A stretch of 64,000 bases of DNA from an uncultured delta proteobacterium. GTDB taxonomy: Bacteria; Myxococcota_A; Polyangia; Polyangiales; B10-G4. Made by a program: the position numbers and the translations under genes. The stretch spans positions 416,001 to 480,000 of the forward strand of contig CAVSGI010000010.1 in the NCBI GenBank assembly GCA_963727445.1, given 5' to 3'. Shown piece after piece: positions 44,807 through 55,858 of the stretch. The first letter of the stretch is position 1. Each line of letters opens with the position of its first letter. The notes below the pieces were generated by a model. It did no database searches and had not been told where the DNA came from. It was given only the letters and a program-made list of their open reading frames with translations.

Positions 44807-46510
44807 ATGGCCGAAAAAAGGGAAAGTCGAGCCGCTGAAGGGGACGAAGGTCCCGGAAATTTCGTGGCGGAGTTGGTTCGGGAGGACCTCGCGGCGGGGC
44901 GCGTCTCCGAGGTCCGGACGCGCTTTCCCCCGGAGCCGAACGGCTACCTCCACGTCGGCCACGCCAAGAGCATCGTCCTCAACTTCGGTCTCGCCGCCGA
45001 GTTCGGGGGGACCTGCAACCTGCGCTTCGACGACACCAATCCCGAGGCCGAGGACGTCGAGTACGTCGACTCCATCAAGGAGGACATCCGCTGGCTCGGC
45101 TATTCGTGGGACGCCGAGCTCTACGCGTCGGATTACTTCGAGCAGCTCCACGCCTGGGCCGTCCAGATGATCGAAGCCGGAAAGGCCTACGTAGACAGCC
45201 GGAGCATCGACGAGATCCGCGCCACCCGAGGCGACTTCCACAAGCCGGGCGTGAACAGCCCCTATCGCGATCGCACGGTCGACGAGAACCTCGCGCTCTT
45301 CGCGCAGATGCGCGCTGGCGAGCTCGAGGAAGGCGCGCACGTGCTCCGGGCGAAGATCGACATGCAGTCGCGCGATCTCAAGCTGCGTGACCCGCTCATG
45401 TATCGCATTCGCAAGGTCGCGCATCATCGCACCGGCGACGCGTGGTGCATCTACCCGATGTACGACTGGGCGCACGGTCAGTCGGACGCGATCGAAGGGA
45501 TCACCCACTCGGTCTGTACGCTCGAGTTCCAGAACCACCGCGGGCTCTACGACTGGTTCCTGAAGACGGTCGGCGCCGATCCAGCGCCCAAGCAGATCGA
45601 GTTCGCGCGCCTCAACCTGGCGTACACGGTGCTCTCCAAGCGGCGCCTCTTGCAGCTGGTGAAGGAGAAGCACGTCCGCGGATGGGACGATCCACGCATG
45701 CCCACCATCGCCGGCATGCGTCGCCGCGGCTACCCGCCCGAGGCGCTGGTGAAGTTCTGCGAGCGCGTGGGCGTGTCGAAGAACGACGGGATCGTCGACA
45801 TCACCCTCTTCGAGCACACCCTCCGCGAGGATCTCAACGCGCGCTGCCCGCGCTACATGGGGGTGATCGATCCGCTCAAGGTGGTGATCGAAAACCTCGA
45901 GGAAGGCGTCGTCCACGAAGTGGACGCGCCGCTTTCGCCGGACGATGCCAGCGTCGGCTCCCGCAAGGTCGCGCTCACGCGCGAGGTGTGGGTCGAGCGC
46001 GACGACTTCATGGAGGAGGCGCCCAAGAAGTGGTTCCGCATGGCGCCCGGCAAAGAGGTGCGCCTCCGCTATGGCTGCCTGGTGACGGTGAAGGACGTGA
46101 TCAAGGACGACGACGGCCATGTGGTCGAGCTCCGCTGCACGTGGGATCCCGGCTCGCTCGGGGGGGACGCGCCCGACGGACGCAAGGTTCGCGGGACCAT
46201 CCACTGGGTCTCGGCGGCGCGCGCGGTCGAGGCCGAAGTGCGCCTCTACGATCGGCTCTTCACGGTGGAAGACCCGATGGACGTACCGGAGGGAGGCGAC
46301 TTCCTCGACGCGCTCAACCCCGACTCCCTGGTGCTTCAAAAGAGCGCCAAGCTCGAAGCCGCCCTGGCCGGCCATCCGGCGGGGACGCGCGTCCAGCTCG
46401 AGCGCATCGGCTACTTCTGCTTCGATCCCGACGAAACCGAGGCGCGACCGGTGCTGAACCGCACCATCGCGCTCCGCGACTCCTGGGCGAAGATCGCCAA
46501 GAAGAGCTGA
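44807..46510 (+). CDS. glnS: Glutamine--tRNA ligase
   Basis: RFPPEPNGYLHVGHAK, RFDDTNP, IYPMYD, VLSKR, GWDDPRMPT. Confidence 0.97.
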   Translation: MAEKRESRAAEGDEGPGNFVAELVREDLAAGRVSEVRTRFPPEPNGYLHVGHAKSIVLNFGLAAEFGGTCNLRFDDTNPEAEDVEYVDSIKEDIRWLGYSWDAELYASDYFEQLHAWAVQMIEAGKAYVDSRSIDEIRATRGDFHKPGVNSPYRDRTVDENLALFAQMRAGELEEGAHVLRAKIDMQSRDLKLRDPLMYRIRKVAHHRTGDAWCIYPMYDWAHGQSDAIEGITHSVCTLEFQNHRGLYDWFLKTVGADPAPKQIEFARLNLAYTVLSKRRLLQLVKEKHVRGWDDPRMPTIAGMRRRGYPPEALVKFCERVGVSKNDGIVDITLFEHTLREDLNARCPRYMGVIDPLKVVIENLEEGVVHEVDAPLSPDDASVGSRKVALTREVWVERDDFMEEAPKKWFRMAPGKEVRLRYGCLVTVKDVIKDDDGHVVELRCTWDPGSLGGDAPDGRKVRGTIHWVSAARAVEAEVRLYDRLFTVEDPMDVPEGGDFLDALNPDSLVLQKSAKLEAALAGHPAGTRVQLERIGYFCFDPDETEARPVLNRTIALRDSWAKIAKKS

Positions 46511-46568
46511 GCCGAGCACGTCTCGAGCCGCCTGCCCTCGGCGGTCTCTGCCTGCTACCATTCAGGGG

Positions 46569-48356
46569 ATGCGCAGTACGGCTTGTCTTTTGCTGATCGC
46601 GGTGGCGGTCGTGTTCGGTGGGTGTGCCGCGGAGGAGCCGGTGGGCGAGGCGAACGCGCCCATCATCATGGGAACGCGCGAGACCGGCCAGCCGTCGGTG
46701 GTCGCCGTGGTGCGGGTCAACGGTCGTGGCGCCATCATCGGCATCTGCTCGGGGACGGCGATCTCCGATCGGCACGTGCTCACTGCGAAGCACTGCGTCT
46801 TCAACGAGAACGCCGACGGGACCTTCACCGCGCTCGGGGCGTCGAGCTTCCGGGTCCTCCCAGGCAACGACATCACTCGGCCGACCTCGACCCAGGTCGT
46901 CGATCAGATCGCCACCACACCCGGCGTCTACACCGACGATCAGGCGTCGATGGGCCTCGACGTCGCGGTTCTGCGGACGTCCTCGCGCCACGGCATACCG
47001 CCACTCGAGGTGGCGCGGGCGCAGCCGCGTCCGCGAAACCGCCTCCGCATCGTGGGCTTCGGGCGGACGTCGTCCACCAGCAGCGCCTCCGGCCGGAAAT
47101 TCTCGGGCAATGCCCGCGTGCGTGAGGTCTTCCGCGGCGTGTTCGACACGGGCGGTCCCTCCTGGACCTGCCAGGGGGACAGCGGCGGGCCGGCAATCGA
47201 CGCTGCAGGGCGCGTCACCGGTGTGACCAGCTTCGGCCTCGACGAGAACTGCACCGACTCCGAGGTCTACTTCACCGAGGTGGCGAGCAACGTTCCCTTC
47301 ATCGAGAGTGTGATCGGCACGGCGCCGTGTACCTCGCGGACCGAGACCTGTAACGGCGCCGATGACGATTGCAACGGCGTGGTCGACGACGGATGCGGCG
47401 AGATCGGCGATGCATGTTTCGGTGACGACGAGTGTGTGAGCGGGATGTGTCGCGTCGTGGACGGCAATCCGGTCTGCATCCAGGAGTGCGAGTCGGCCTC
47501 CGCCGATCCGGGATGCCCCGATGGGTACGTCTGCGACGTCACGGGCTGCAACGTCGGCACCTGCGTCGCCGGCGCGCCCGGGCCCTCCCCGGTGGACACG
47601 CCCTGCACCGCCAACAGCGACTGCGAGACCAACTTCTGCTTCGAGCTCGACGATGGCTCGAGCGTCTGCGCGCGCCAGTGCCAGGAGGGCGGCGAGCCGT
47701 GCTCCACCGGGAGGGTCTGCATCACCGAAGGCTTCCCCTGCGGCTCCTGCGTGGTGCCCGCGCCGGGCGATCCGCTCCCCTTCGGCTCGGCATGCAGCGA
47801 CGATTCGGAGTGCATCGGGATGATCTGCCGCGCCGCCGCCTGCACCCGAAGCTGCACGGCCGACGGCGACTGCCCGACGGGGAACCGATGCAGCGGCGGC
47901 GTGTGCGTCTCGGGCGCGGCGGTGCCGCCTTTCGGGCCGTGCACCGACTCCCTCGAGTGCGAGGACACCGCGCCGGTCTGCGCCCCCGTGGATGGCGAGA
48001 ACGTGTGCCTCGCCGAGTGCCCGCTGGGCAGCTGCGCCGGCGACGCCGTTTGTCAGGACGGGCTGTGCTTCCCCTCCGGCCTCGCGCTGGGTGATCCATG
48101 CGCACAAAACCTCGAGTGTCGAAGCGGCATCTGCGCGGGCACGTGCACGCGCGTATGTACGGCGGACGCGGACTGCCCGGACGGCTTCTCCTGCAACCCC
48201 GCTGGTGAGGTCTCGGGCTGCTTCCCCCTTCCGGACAGCACGCCGCCGGCCGACGGTCGCGGAGGATGCGCCGTGAGCGCGTCGGGGCCAGGCGCGACCG
48301 CTCCCATCGCCTTCGCCCTCGGCGCGCTGCTCCTCTTCAGCCGACGCCGACGATGA
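46569..48356 (+). CDS. S1 trypsin-like protease with Cys-rich repeats and a MYXO-CTERM-like tail
   Basis: [45 protein letters not shown]. Confidence 0.9.
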   Translation: MRSTACLLLIAVAVVFGGCAAEEPVGEANAPIIMGTRETGQPSVVAVVRVNGRGAIIGICSGTAISDRHVLTAKHCVFNENADGTFTALGASSFRVLPGNDITRPTSTQVVDQIATTPGVYTDDQASMGLDVAVLRTSSRHGIPPLEVARAQPRPRNRLRIVGFGRTSSTSSASGRKFSGNARVREVFRGVFDTGGPSWTCQGDSGGPAIDAAGRVTGVTSFGLDENCTDSEVYFTEVASNVPFIESVIGTAPCTSRTETCNGADDDCNGVVDDGCGEIGDACFGDDECVSGMCRVVDGNPVCIQECESASADPGCPDGYVCDVTGCNVGTCVAGAPGPSPVDTPCTANSDCETNFCFELDDGSSVCARQCQEGGEPCSTGRVCITEGFPCGSCVVPAPGDPLPFGSACSDDSECIGMICRAAACTRSCTADGDCPTGNRCSGGVCVSGAAVPPFGPCTDSLECEDTAPVCAPVDGENVCLAECPLGSCAGDAVCQDGLCFPSGLALGDPCAQNLECRSGICAGTCTRVCTADADCPDGFSCNPAGEVSGCFPLPDSTPPADGRGGCAVSASGPGATAPIAFALGALLLFSRRRR

Positions 48357-49077
48357 GCTCGCGCTCCCGGTCGGCGCGCACGGTCCATCGCTTTTCGGGA
48401 TCGGCCTCTCGGGAGTCGCAGAGCTCGGCGAGGGGGCAGTGCGTGCAGTCCGGGGTCTTGGCCTTGCACAGATAGCGGCCGTGGAGGACGAGCTGGTGGC
48501 TCACGAGGATCCAGCTCCGCTTCGGCACCAGCGCCATCAGGGCCTCTTCGACCTTCACCGGATCCTGCGCGTCGGTGAGACCCAGACGCCGCGCCACGCG
48601 TCCGACGTGCGTGTCCACCACGATTCCGCTCGAGAGGCCGTAGGCGGCGCCGAGCACGACGTTCGCGGTCTTGCGCGCGACGCCCGGCAGGCGCGTGATC
48701 TTCGCCATCGTCCTGGGCACCTCGCCCCCGAACTCGTCGGCGATCATCTTGCTGGCGGCTTGAATGGCGGCCGCCTTGTTGCGGAAGTAGCCGGTGGGCC
48801 GGACGATCTCCTGTACGTCCTCCGGCTCGGCCTCGGCCAGCGCAGCCGGGGTGGGGTAGCGCTCGAAGAGCTTCGGCGTGACGCGGTTGATGGTCACGTC
48901 CGTGCTCTGCGCGGCGAGGATGGTCGCCACCAGGAGCTGCCAGGGCGTTTCGAAGTCCAGCTCGACCCGGGCGACCGGCATCACCCGCTTGAGCCGTTTG
49001 CGGATGGCGTCCATGCGCTTCTTGAGCGCTTCGGGCGGGGCGTCGGCTTGCCGCTTCGTCTCGGGGGCTCTAGTCAT
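48337..49077 (-). CDS. nth: Endonuclease III
   Basis: [25 protein letters not shown], CxxxxxxCxxCxxxxxC. Confidence 0.95.
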   Translation of the reverse strand: MTRAPETKRQADAPPEALKKRMDAIRKRLKRVMPVARVELDFETPWQLLVATILAAQSTDVTINRVTPKLFERYPTPAALAEAEPEDVQEIVRPTGYFRNKAAAIQAASKMIADEFGGEVPRTMAKITRLPGVARKTANVVLGAAYGLSSGIVVDTHVGRVARRLGLTDAQDPVKVEEALMALVPKRSWILVSHQLVLHGRYLCKAKTPDCTHCPLAELCDSREADPEKRWTVRADRERELIVGVG

Positions 49078-49137
49078 AGCTGGCCAGCGGCCCGCATGTT
49101 ACAGGGGCGGCTGGGTTTCGACGAGACCGAGAAGAGC

Positions 49138-50070
49138 ATGAGCCCCGAGCCCAAGCGCTACGAAGACCTGGAGACGGCGATCGACTCCGTGGTGAAGAGC
49201 TACGACGGGGGCCAGCCCATCGACAACCTCGAGAGCGCGGCGCTGCCCAACAGCCGCGCGGTGGTCGAGGCGATGCGTCACCTCGAGCCCGTCATCTACA
49301 TGGGCTTCTTCAGCACCCGGCCGCTGAACCGCGACAACCTCCGTCACGGCATCGCCGAGCACCTCTACGCGGCCCACGAGCTGCTCGTCGCGCAGATCGA
49401 GCGCGCCGCCAACTACGATCATTGGATCGGTCGCAGCCCCAAGCCGCCTGCCGCCGGGTCCGGCGAGGCCGTGGTGCTCGCGCTCTTCAGCGCGCTGCCG
49501 AAGATCCGCGCGATGCTCGACCTCGACGTCATGGCGGCCTACGAGGGCGACCCTGCGGCGCTCAGCGTCGAGGAGGTCGTCTTCAGCTATCCCGCCATCA
49601 AGGCGCTCACCGCCTATCGCATCGCGCACGAGCTCCGCCGACTCGGCGCACCGATGCTGCCGCGCATCATCAGCGAGGACGCGCACTCGCGCACGGGCAT
49701 CGACATCAACCCGGGTGCCACCATCGGCAAGTCCTTCTTCATCGACCACGGCACCGGTGTGGTGATCGGCGAGACCGCCGTCATCGGCGATCGCGTCAAG
49801 GTCTACCAGGGCGTGACCCTCGGTGCGCTCTCGGTCCCCGGGCGAAAAGGGAGGAACGGGAGCAGTCCTCCGAGCGAGCACGGTGAAAAGCGTCATCCCA
49901 CCATCGAGGACGACGTCACCATCTACTCGGGCGCGACCATCCTCGGCGGCGACACCGTCATCGGGAAGGGCTCCGTGATCGGCGGCAACGTGTGGCTGGT
50001 GCGTTCGGTGCCGCCCGGCTCCAAGGTCTTCGGTCGCGGCAAGGACGCGCCGAGCGCCGACGAGCAATGA
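49138..50070 (+). CDS. cysE: Serine O-acetyltransferase
   Basis: [38 protein letters not shown]. Confidence 0.92.
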   Translation: MSPEPKRYEDLETAIDSVVKSYDGGQPIDNLESAALPNSRAVVEAMRHLEPVIYMGFFSTRPLNRDNLRHGIAEHLYAAHELLVAQIERAANYDHWIGRSPKPPAAGSGEAVVLALFSALPKIRAMLDLDVMAAYEGDPAALSVEEVVFSYPAIKALTAYRIAHELRRLGAPMLPRIISEDAHSRTGIDINPGATIGKSFFIDHGTGVVIGETAVIGDRVKVYQGVTLGALSVPGRKGRNGSSPPSEHGEKRHPTIEDDVTIYSGATILGGDTVIGKGSVIGGNVWLVRSVPPGSKVFGRGKDAPSADEQ

Positions 50071-50083
50071 AGGGCTGACGGCG

Positions 50084-50662
50084 ATGCCGTTCCCCTATTA
50101 CTACCGCCTCTCCAAGGCCGACAAGCGGACCTATCGGAAGAGCGACGAATACGATCGGATCGTTCTTCCGGACGCGGCGGCGCTCCGCGACGCGGCGAAG
50201 GTGCTGGAGTCTGCGCTGGCAGCGGACGATCGCGTCGCGGTGGAGCGAGGCGCGCAGAAGCTCCTCTCGCTCGCATCTCATCAGCTCGGGGTCGGAGCCG
50301 TCTCGGTACGTGTCCTCGACGTGCGACCGTCGGACGCCGAATCGGAGCTCCACGGCTTGTACGTGCGCGAGGAAGACGCGACCCCGGTGATCCACGTTTG
50401 GATGCGCACCGCGGCCAAGAAGCACGTCGTCGCGTTCCGCACCTTCCTGAGGACGCTGCTCCACGAGCTCTGCCACCACCTCGACTACGAGCTGCTCGAT
50501 CTCGAGGACTCGTTCCATACCGAGGGCTTCTTTCAGCGCGAATCGGCGCTGGTGCGCGACATCGCCGGGCCCGGCAAGCGTCGCGGGAAGAAGGCCGCCC
50601 AGGAGCCGGAGGCGGTCGAGGTCGCGGCGGGGAAGAAGCCCGAGCAGCTGAAGCTCTTCTGA
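50084..50662 (+). CDS. Small zincin-like (HExxH) protein
   Basis: TLLHELCHH...FHTEGF. Confidence 0.65.
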   Translation: MPFPYYYRLSKADKRTYRKSDEYDRIVLPDAAALRDAAKVLESALAADDRVAVERGAQKLLSLASHQLGVGAVSVRVLDVRPSDAESELHGLYVREEDATPVIHVWMRTAAKKHVVAFRTFLRTLLHELCHHLDYELLDLEDSFHTEGFFQRESALVRDIAGPGKRRGKKAAQEPEAVEVAAGKKPEQLKLF

Positions 50663-50694
50663 GCGCTGCCGCCGCTCTGGTACGCTCCGCCGCC

Positions 50695-51441
50695 ATGCGG
50701 AAAAGAACGCTCGCTCTGTGCCCCGCCCTCGTCGTCGTGCTCGCCTCTGCCTGTGGCGGCTCGGCGCCCGAAACCGCCGAGCCGGTGGAGCCGGCTCCCG
50801 AGACCGCCGGCGGCGAGACGGCCGAACCGGTGGTCCTGCGCACCACGACGCCGGTGCCGGTGCCTCAGCCCGCGGTGGCGCGCGAGGAGCTGGCGGATGC
50901 CTTGCAGCAGCTCTGGACGCGCGCCGAGGAGATCGTCGCCGATAGCGCCCCCGAGCCACCGACCGAGGGCACGACCGAAGCCCTCGCGGCGTGGGCCGAC
51001 GATCCCTTCCTGCCGTGGGTGAACGGGCGGCGGGAAGCCATCGAAGGCGCCGAGCCCTTCGTCGAGGCGATCGGTGAGGATCCGGTGCAGCGCTCGGTCG
51101 CCGCAGCTCTGTTCGGCTACATGTACGAGGACACGGCCGCCGGGATCCGCGGGGCGCCGGTGCCCGCGGAGATCGCCTCTGATCCGGAGCTCCTCGACAT
51201 CTACGTGCAGACCCTCGACGAGCAGCTGCACCCCTTCGCCCAGCGCGCGCTCGAGAGCTACGCGTACTGCGCGACGACGCTGGCCAACCTCGGGGAGACC
51301 CCCTGGGTCAGCTGGGCCTCATATTGCCTCGAGCGCGGTCGCGACGTGGGCGCCGTCTTCGAGCTCGGCGCCGCCGCCGAAGAGGAGACGGAAGACGCCG
51401 CGGCCACCGCAGAAGATAGAGCCGCTCAGCCTCCGAGATAG
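50695..51441 (+). CDS. Hypothetical helical lipoprotein
   Basis: ASAC lipobox. Confidence 0.65.
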   Translation: MRKRTLALCPALVVVLASACGGSAPETAEPVEPAPETAGGETAEPVVLRTTTPVPVPQPAVAREELADALQQLWTRAEEIVADSAPEPPTEGTTEALAAWADDPFLPWVNGRREAIEGAEPFVEAIGEDPVQRSVAAALFGYMYEDTAAGIRGAPVPAEIASDPELLDIYVQTLDEQLHPFAQRALESYAYCATTLANLGETPWVSWASYCLERGRDVGAVFELGAAAEEETEDAAATAEDRAAQPPR

Positions 51442-52529
51442 CCTTCGACCAGGCTGCACAGGGCGTCGCCGGGGCAGCAGACGTCGACCGAGTACGTGTC
51501 GGAGTGCACGCAGACCTTCGGGCCGTGGCTCGGGTAGTAGTAGGCCCAGAAGAAGCACATCTCGTCGTTCGCGGACTCGCCGAAGCCGACACTGCTGGCG
51601 CTCGTGTTGTCGTACTCGCAGGTGAAGCGGAAGCCGCCGCCGCGAGGCACGGTGAACGCGGGGTCGTGATACACGGTCTCGGGCTCGTCCCAATACCAGC
51701 GGGCGACGTCGTAGACCGGCGTGCCGGTGCCGCTCGCGCTGTCGGTGGTCTCGACGAAGACGTTGGTGCCCCATTGGTGGGTGTGCCCCGTGACGGAGAA
51801 GAAGTTCGAGTCGGCGAGGTCGGCCGGGAGTGGGAAGTAGGTCGGCCCCAGGGTCAGGGTGGAGCGCGCCGGGATGTCGATCTCGGGATTGCCGATGAAG
51901 AGGAAGTCCGCTTCGTTCTCGAAGGTCTCGGGCGCGATGCTCACGAAGGTGCTCGACGCGACCACCTCGACCGGGTCGGGGGTGGTGTTGATGTAGTGGA
52001 GCTCGAGGCGAACCATCTGATTGGCGTCGAGGGTGTAGGCCACGCCTTCGGGCAGGGTGATCGTCTCTTCAGAGCGCTGGGAGACGGTGAGCGGCGCGCC
52101 TCGCGACGGGTCGAGGGTGTCGACGAAGGGCGTGCAGTCGAAGGGCTCGAGCTGCTCCATCGTGTCCGCCGTCCGGTAGACGATCATGTGATGAGACGCC
52201 GGGCCGAGGCTGTTGATGATCTGTCCGACGCGAACGGGCTCCGGGTTGCCGAGGCGCGCCACGATGCACTTGGTGTTCTCCTCGCCCGCGGCGGCGGTGA
52301 CCGGGCCCCAGTTGATCGTGTAGCGCTCTCCGCCGGGCACGAAGGTCCCGGCGTCGACGGCTCCGCCGGTGTCGGTGGTGACGCTGCCGTCCGAGGGCGT
52401 CCCCGTGTCGGTGACGGAGGCGTCGGAGCTCGCGTCACTGCCGCCATCCGGGGTGGTGGCGGAGTCACCGCAGGCCAGGAGGAGGACGAGGAGGGACAAG
52501 AGGGGAAACAGCCGCATGGGGTTGCTCAT
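51426..52529 (-). CDS. PHM/DBH-like dicopper monooxygenase-domain lipoprotein
   Basis: SHHM, ELHY, GHTH, DEMC; LLAC lipobox. Confidence 0.8.
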   Translation of the reverse strand: MSNPMRLFPLLSLLVLLLACGDSATTPDGGSDASSDASVTDTGTPSDGSVTTDTGGAVDAGTFVPGGERYTINWGPVTAAAGEENTKCIVARLGNPEPVRVGQIINSLGPASHHMIVYRTADTMEQLEPFDCTPFVDTLDPSRGAPLTVSQRSEETITLPEGVAYTLDANQMVRLELHYINTTPDPVEVVASSTFVSIAPETFENEADFLFIGNPEIDIPARSTLTLGPTYFPLPADLADSNFFSVTGHTHQWGTNVFVETTDSASGTGTPVYDVARWYWDEPETVYHDPAFTVPRGGGFRFTCEYDNTSASSVGFGESANDEMCFFWAYYYPSHGPKVCVHSDTYSVDVCCPGDALCSLVEGYLGG

Positions 52530-52595
52530 TAACATCAGAGCGGACCCGGCGCGAGCGGGCTTGAACCCTCGGCCGCCTCCCACGATAGTTTCTCG

Positions 52596-53013
52596 ATGCA
52601 CCGCTGGATCTTTACAGCCTTGAATTGGCGCGGCGGCCGCATGCGGCGGCGCGCAGAAACCCATCCAGGTGGTCGGGGAGGGGGTGGTGCATCGGGGCAT
52701 GGTGACGTCGGTGGAGGGCACGGCCTCGGTCTGGGAGGGCGAGAGCTGCGAAGTGCGGGTCCAGCCCACCGACGACCCCCGCTTCAACTGCCGGGTCGAG
52801 GTTCGCTGCGGCGAAGAGGTCCTCTACGGCTTCCCCGGGGCTGGCTTCAATCGCTGCGCGCGCGAGTCGGGGGCCTTCGTGGCGGCGCGTGATGGCTACA
52901 AGACCCGAGCGGACGGCGACCCGATGATGGGGTGGGATCTCCGCCAGCATCTGGTGATCGTCATGGACAGCGAGCCGGACTTCAAAGTGACGCTGGCGCT
53001 TCACGCGAACTGA
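52596..53013 (+). CDS. Hypothetical lipoprotein (+1 frameshift near 52624)
   Basis: Removing one A gives MHRWIFTALIGAAAACGGAQ, in frame with ORF 52669..53013. Confidence 0.55.
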
Positions 53014-53022
53014 GACGTCGGG

Positions 53023-54489
53023 GTGACGGTGCGCGCAGAGGAGAGGGGCACCGCGGAAGCGGACGACGCCACGGCCTCATTGGCCATGGCGCCGCGCGAT
53101 CCGGCCGAGGCACGCCGGGGACTCCGTGCGGCGCTCGATCGTGGCGCGGCTGAACCATGGTGCGCTTTCGCGTTGCGAGCGATCTTCGAGCGCGACGGAG
53201 ATCGGTCGGCGCTACGCGCGCTCTACCCGCACGTGCGCGCGCGCTTCGATGGATCGGACCGCGAGCGCTCGGGTTTCGAGGGCGCGTGTCTGTGGGCGCG
53301 CGCCCTTCATGACCTCGCGCGCCTCGCCGCGGATCTGGGTGAGGGCGGCGACGCCGAACGTCTCACCCGCCTATTCGAGGAGTCGCGCGCGACGCTTCGG
53401 GCGGCTGAGCCTTCGGCGCCCCGGCGTGCGGGGGCCTTCTCGATCCTCTTCGCCGGCGCCGCCGCGAACGCGAGGGCGGACGCCCTGATCGACGCGCTCC
53501 TCGACCGGCGCAGCTGGTGGGGAGGCTGGGGCGTGCCCGGCGTTCCCTTCGACGATCCAGCCTTCGAGCGTGAGCGGACAGGTGCGGGAGCGATCGACCT
53601 ACGTTTCCAATGGACTCTCTTCGAAGGGCTCCGGGACTACGGTCGTCACGACATCGCCGCCGACCTCGCGCGCTCCTGCCGCCGGCTCGTGGAGCAGGCG
53701 GGCTCGTACGCGCGCTACGACGCGCTCAGCGGTGCGGGCCTCGGACCCGCGGACCCAAGCTATCTCGCCCTCGTCGAGACCATGCAGCCGAGCAGGCCCG
53801 ACCCCGTGTTCGAGGAGCGCGTCCTGATCCGACCAAAGCGCGAGCTCTGCGGGGGCGAGGCCGGGATCGTCTACGATCATCCGGAGATGCGCGTGGTCGA
53901 TCGCGTGGATGGCTCCGCGGTCTCACCGCCTGTGGTCTCGCGCGCGATCGAGCGCGCCTCGGCTGCCCCCGGCTCGTCCATCGAGGCGGTGGCGCGCGCG
54001 GTTCGGGACGCCATCCAGCCGGTCGACGGTTACGCGCGATTCTGCGACGGGGCCACGGCGGCGCTGGCCGCGGCCCTCGAGGCTCGGGGGTACCGCGTCG
54101 ACAAGCATTGGTCGCCCTATCTCCACTACTTTCCCGTCGTCATCGACGCGGACGGCGCACACCTGGTCGTCGATCTCTGTGCCCACCAGTTCGCGACGCA
54201 CCCCACCTCGCGTGGCCCGCTCCTCCTCGAGCAGGCGACCCTGGGCCTCGCACACGCCCTCTCGGTCGAGCGCCCCGCCGGCGCGGTCCTGCTCCGCAGC
54301 CTCCGCGATCTGCGATACGACCTGGCCCAGCTGCCCACGGTGCGGATGGACCGAAACGAACGCGCGGCGATGGAGCTCGTGGTCCAGCGACATCTGGACC
54401 ACGTCGCCCGCGCCGGGGAGCACGCTCCGGTTGCGCCACATCGCGAATGGATCGTGGCGTGGAGCCGTCGGGGCGCCGCCTCCCGCTGA
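53023..54489 (+). CDS. Degenerate GH63/trehalase-like (alpha/alpha)6 region fused to a putative Cys-His-Asp domain
   Basis: WGGWGVP..DDPAF, EGLRDYG, YDALSGAGLG; FCDGAT / HYF / VDLCAHQF. Confidence 0.5.
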   Translation: MTVRAEERGTAEADDATASLAMAPRDPAEARRGLRAALDRGAAEPWCAFALRAIFERDGDRSALRALYPHVRARFDGSDRERSGFEGACLWARALHDLARLAADLGEGGDAERLTRLFEESRATLRAAEPSAPRRAGAFSILFAGAAANARADALIDALLDRRSWWGGWGVPGVPFDDPAFERERTGAGAIDLRFQWTLFEGLRDYGRHDIAADLARSCRRLVEQAGSYARYDALSGAGLGPADPSYLALVETMQPSRPDPVFEERVLIRPKRELCGGEAGIVYDHPEMRVVDRVDGSAVSPPVVSRAIERASAAPGSSIEAVARAVRDAIQPVDGYARFCDGATAALAAALEARGYRVDKHWSPYLHYFPVVIDADGAHLVVDLCAHQFATHPTSRGPLLLEQATLGLAHALSVERPAGAVLLRSLRDLRYDLAQLPTVRMDRNERAAMELVVQRHLDHVARAGEHAPVAPHREWIVAWSRRGAASR

Positions 54490-54643
54490 GGCCGAGCGCG
54501 TCGACCGCTGGCCAGCGGTCCAGCCGCTTCGGGTGGTCGATCGGCTAGGGAGCGAGCCGGCGCCGCGGCGTTTCTCCTCCAGATCGCGCATGCCCCCTGG
54601 CGGCACGCGTCTTGAACAACCCTGGCTCGACGGAGGTCGCGTC

Positions 54644-54955
54644 ATGGGAATCGTCGAGCAGAGCGAAGAGAGGCCCCAGGAGTGGTTGCTCACCCTCGAA
54701 CAGAATCGCGGGCTGTACCGGGCACTCCTCGACGAGTGTCAGAGCCTCGCCGTCGCGGCGCACGCCATCGCCCGGGCGCGCTGCCGCAGCCGTGACGTCT
54801 CCACGGCGATTCCGAGCGTAGCCGAGGTGGGCGCGGCGGCCCGCGAGGTCGCCCGTCGCGTGGGCGTCGAAGAGCCGCTTCCACGCGCGATGCGCCTCGC
54901 CGACGAGTGCGAGGCGCAGGGGCTTCCGGTCATCGGTGCACGCATGGCCGCGTGA
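54644..54955 (+). CDS. Small hypothetical protein
   Basis: GGAGG before the ATG; MGIVEQ...ARMAA. Confidence 0.55.
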   Translation: MGIVEQSEERPQEWLLTLEQNRGLYRALLDECQSLAVAAHAIARARCRSRDVSTAIPSVAEVGAAAREVARRVGVEEPLPRAMRLADECEAQGLPVIGARMAA

Positions 54956-54958
54956 TCC

Positions 54959-55723
54959 TCAGAGGTGGCCGACCGTCACCTGCAGCATGCCGCCGCCTTG
55001 CACCGGCACCGCGTCGAGGTCGACCGTGGTGCCGTGACCGTCGGGCGGGCCCATCACCCGCACCTGCACCGTCTCCTTCGTGAGCATCCCCGCGATGAAG
55101 AGCGCGAGGCCGCCGATCTGCATCAGGCCCATGGTGACGGGGATCGCGGGATGTGGCGCGCCCGTGACGAGCTGGGCGATGGGGCCAACGATGGGCACCA
55201 CCGACCAGGCCCAGGCGTCCTGCTCGATGGCGGGGTCGCGCTCGTCGCTGATCGAGTTGGCGAGGGGCGTCGCGATGGCGAAGTCGCCGACCCAGCCGAG
55301 GCCGAAGAGGATCACGCCCGGCAGCCAGAGGCGGCGCGTCGCGCGCTCACGCTCTTCGAAGTGGAACTGCGGCTGCTGCTGCGTGGGCACCTGATAGCCG
55401 TACGCGCCCACCGGGTAGCCTCCTTGCGGCTGGTAGGCGTAGCCCCAGGACTGCTGCGGCACCTGCACCTGCTGAACCGGCGCGGGCGCGGGCTGCGGCT
55501 GCGGGTACGGCTGCTGTGGCGCCTGCTGTTGCTGGACCTGCGCCTGCTGAGCCTGCGGCTGCTGGGCTTGCTGCTGCGGGCCGCCGGCGGGGACCTGGAC
55601 CACCGGGGCCGAGAGGCCACCCGCTGGCGCGGTCTCCTGGGCCAAGGCGGGGGAGGCGAGGAGCGTCACCGCGAGGGCGGCGACGAGGGTCGAGAGGCAG
55701 AGCTTGTCGTGAACGTCGTGCAT
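54959..55723 (-). CDS. Hypothetical membrane or secreted protein with Q/P-rich linker
   Basis: Signal peptide ALAQ, Q-rich tract, VPIVGP plus TM segments. Confidence 0.65.
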   Translation of the reverse strand: MHDVHDKLCLSTLVAALAVTLLASPALAQETAPAGGLSAPVVQVPAGGPQQQAQQPQAQQAQVQQQQAPQQPYPQPQPAPAPVQQVQVPQQSWGYAYQPQGGYPVGAYGYQVPTQQQPQFHFEERERATRRLWLPGVILFGLGWVGDFAIATPLANSISDERDPAIEQDAWAWSVVPIVGPIAQLVTGAPHPAIPVTMGLMQIGGLALFIAGMLTKETVQVRVMGPPDGHGTTVDLDAVPVQGGGMLQVTVGHL

Positions 55724-55858
55724 GCCAGGCCCTGGAGCAGGGGGCGTGCCGCGCGGAATTTCGTGAAAGATCGCGACGGTCGTGAAGAGGGCGTGCAAGA
55801 CGCTGCACGCCAGACCTCGCCGGATGCGCAGCGGGCTTCACGGATCGTGCGCGCTCGC

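Noticed and set aside
51415..51441. C-terminal RAAQPPR as another arrest motif
   Set aside because: It does not match R[AG]PP, and no co-oriented downstream gene exists to regulate.
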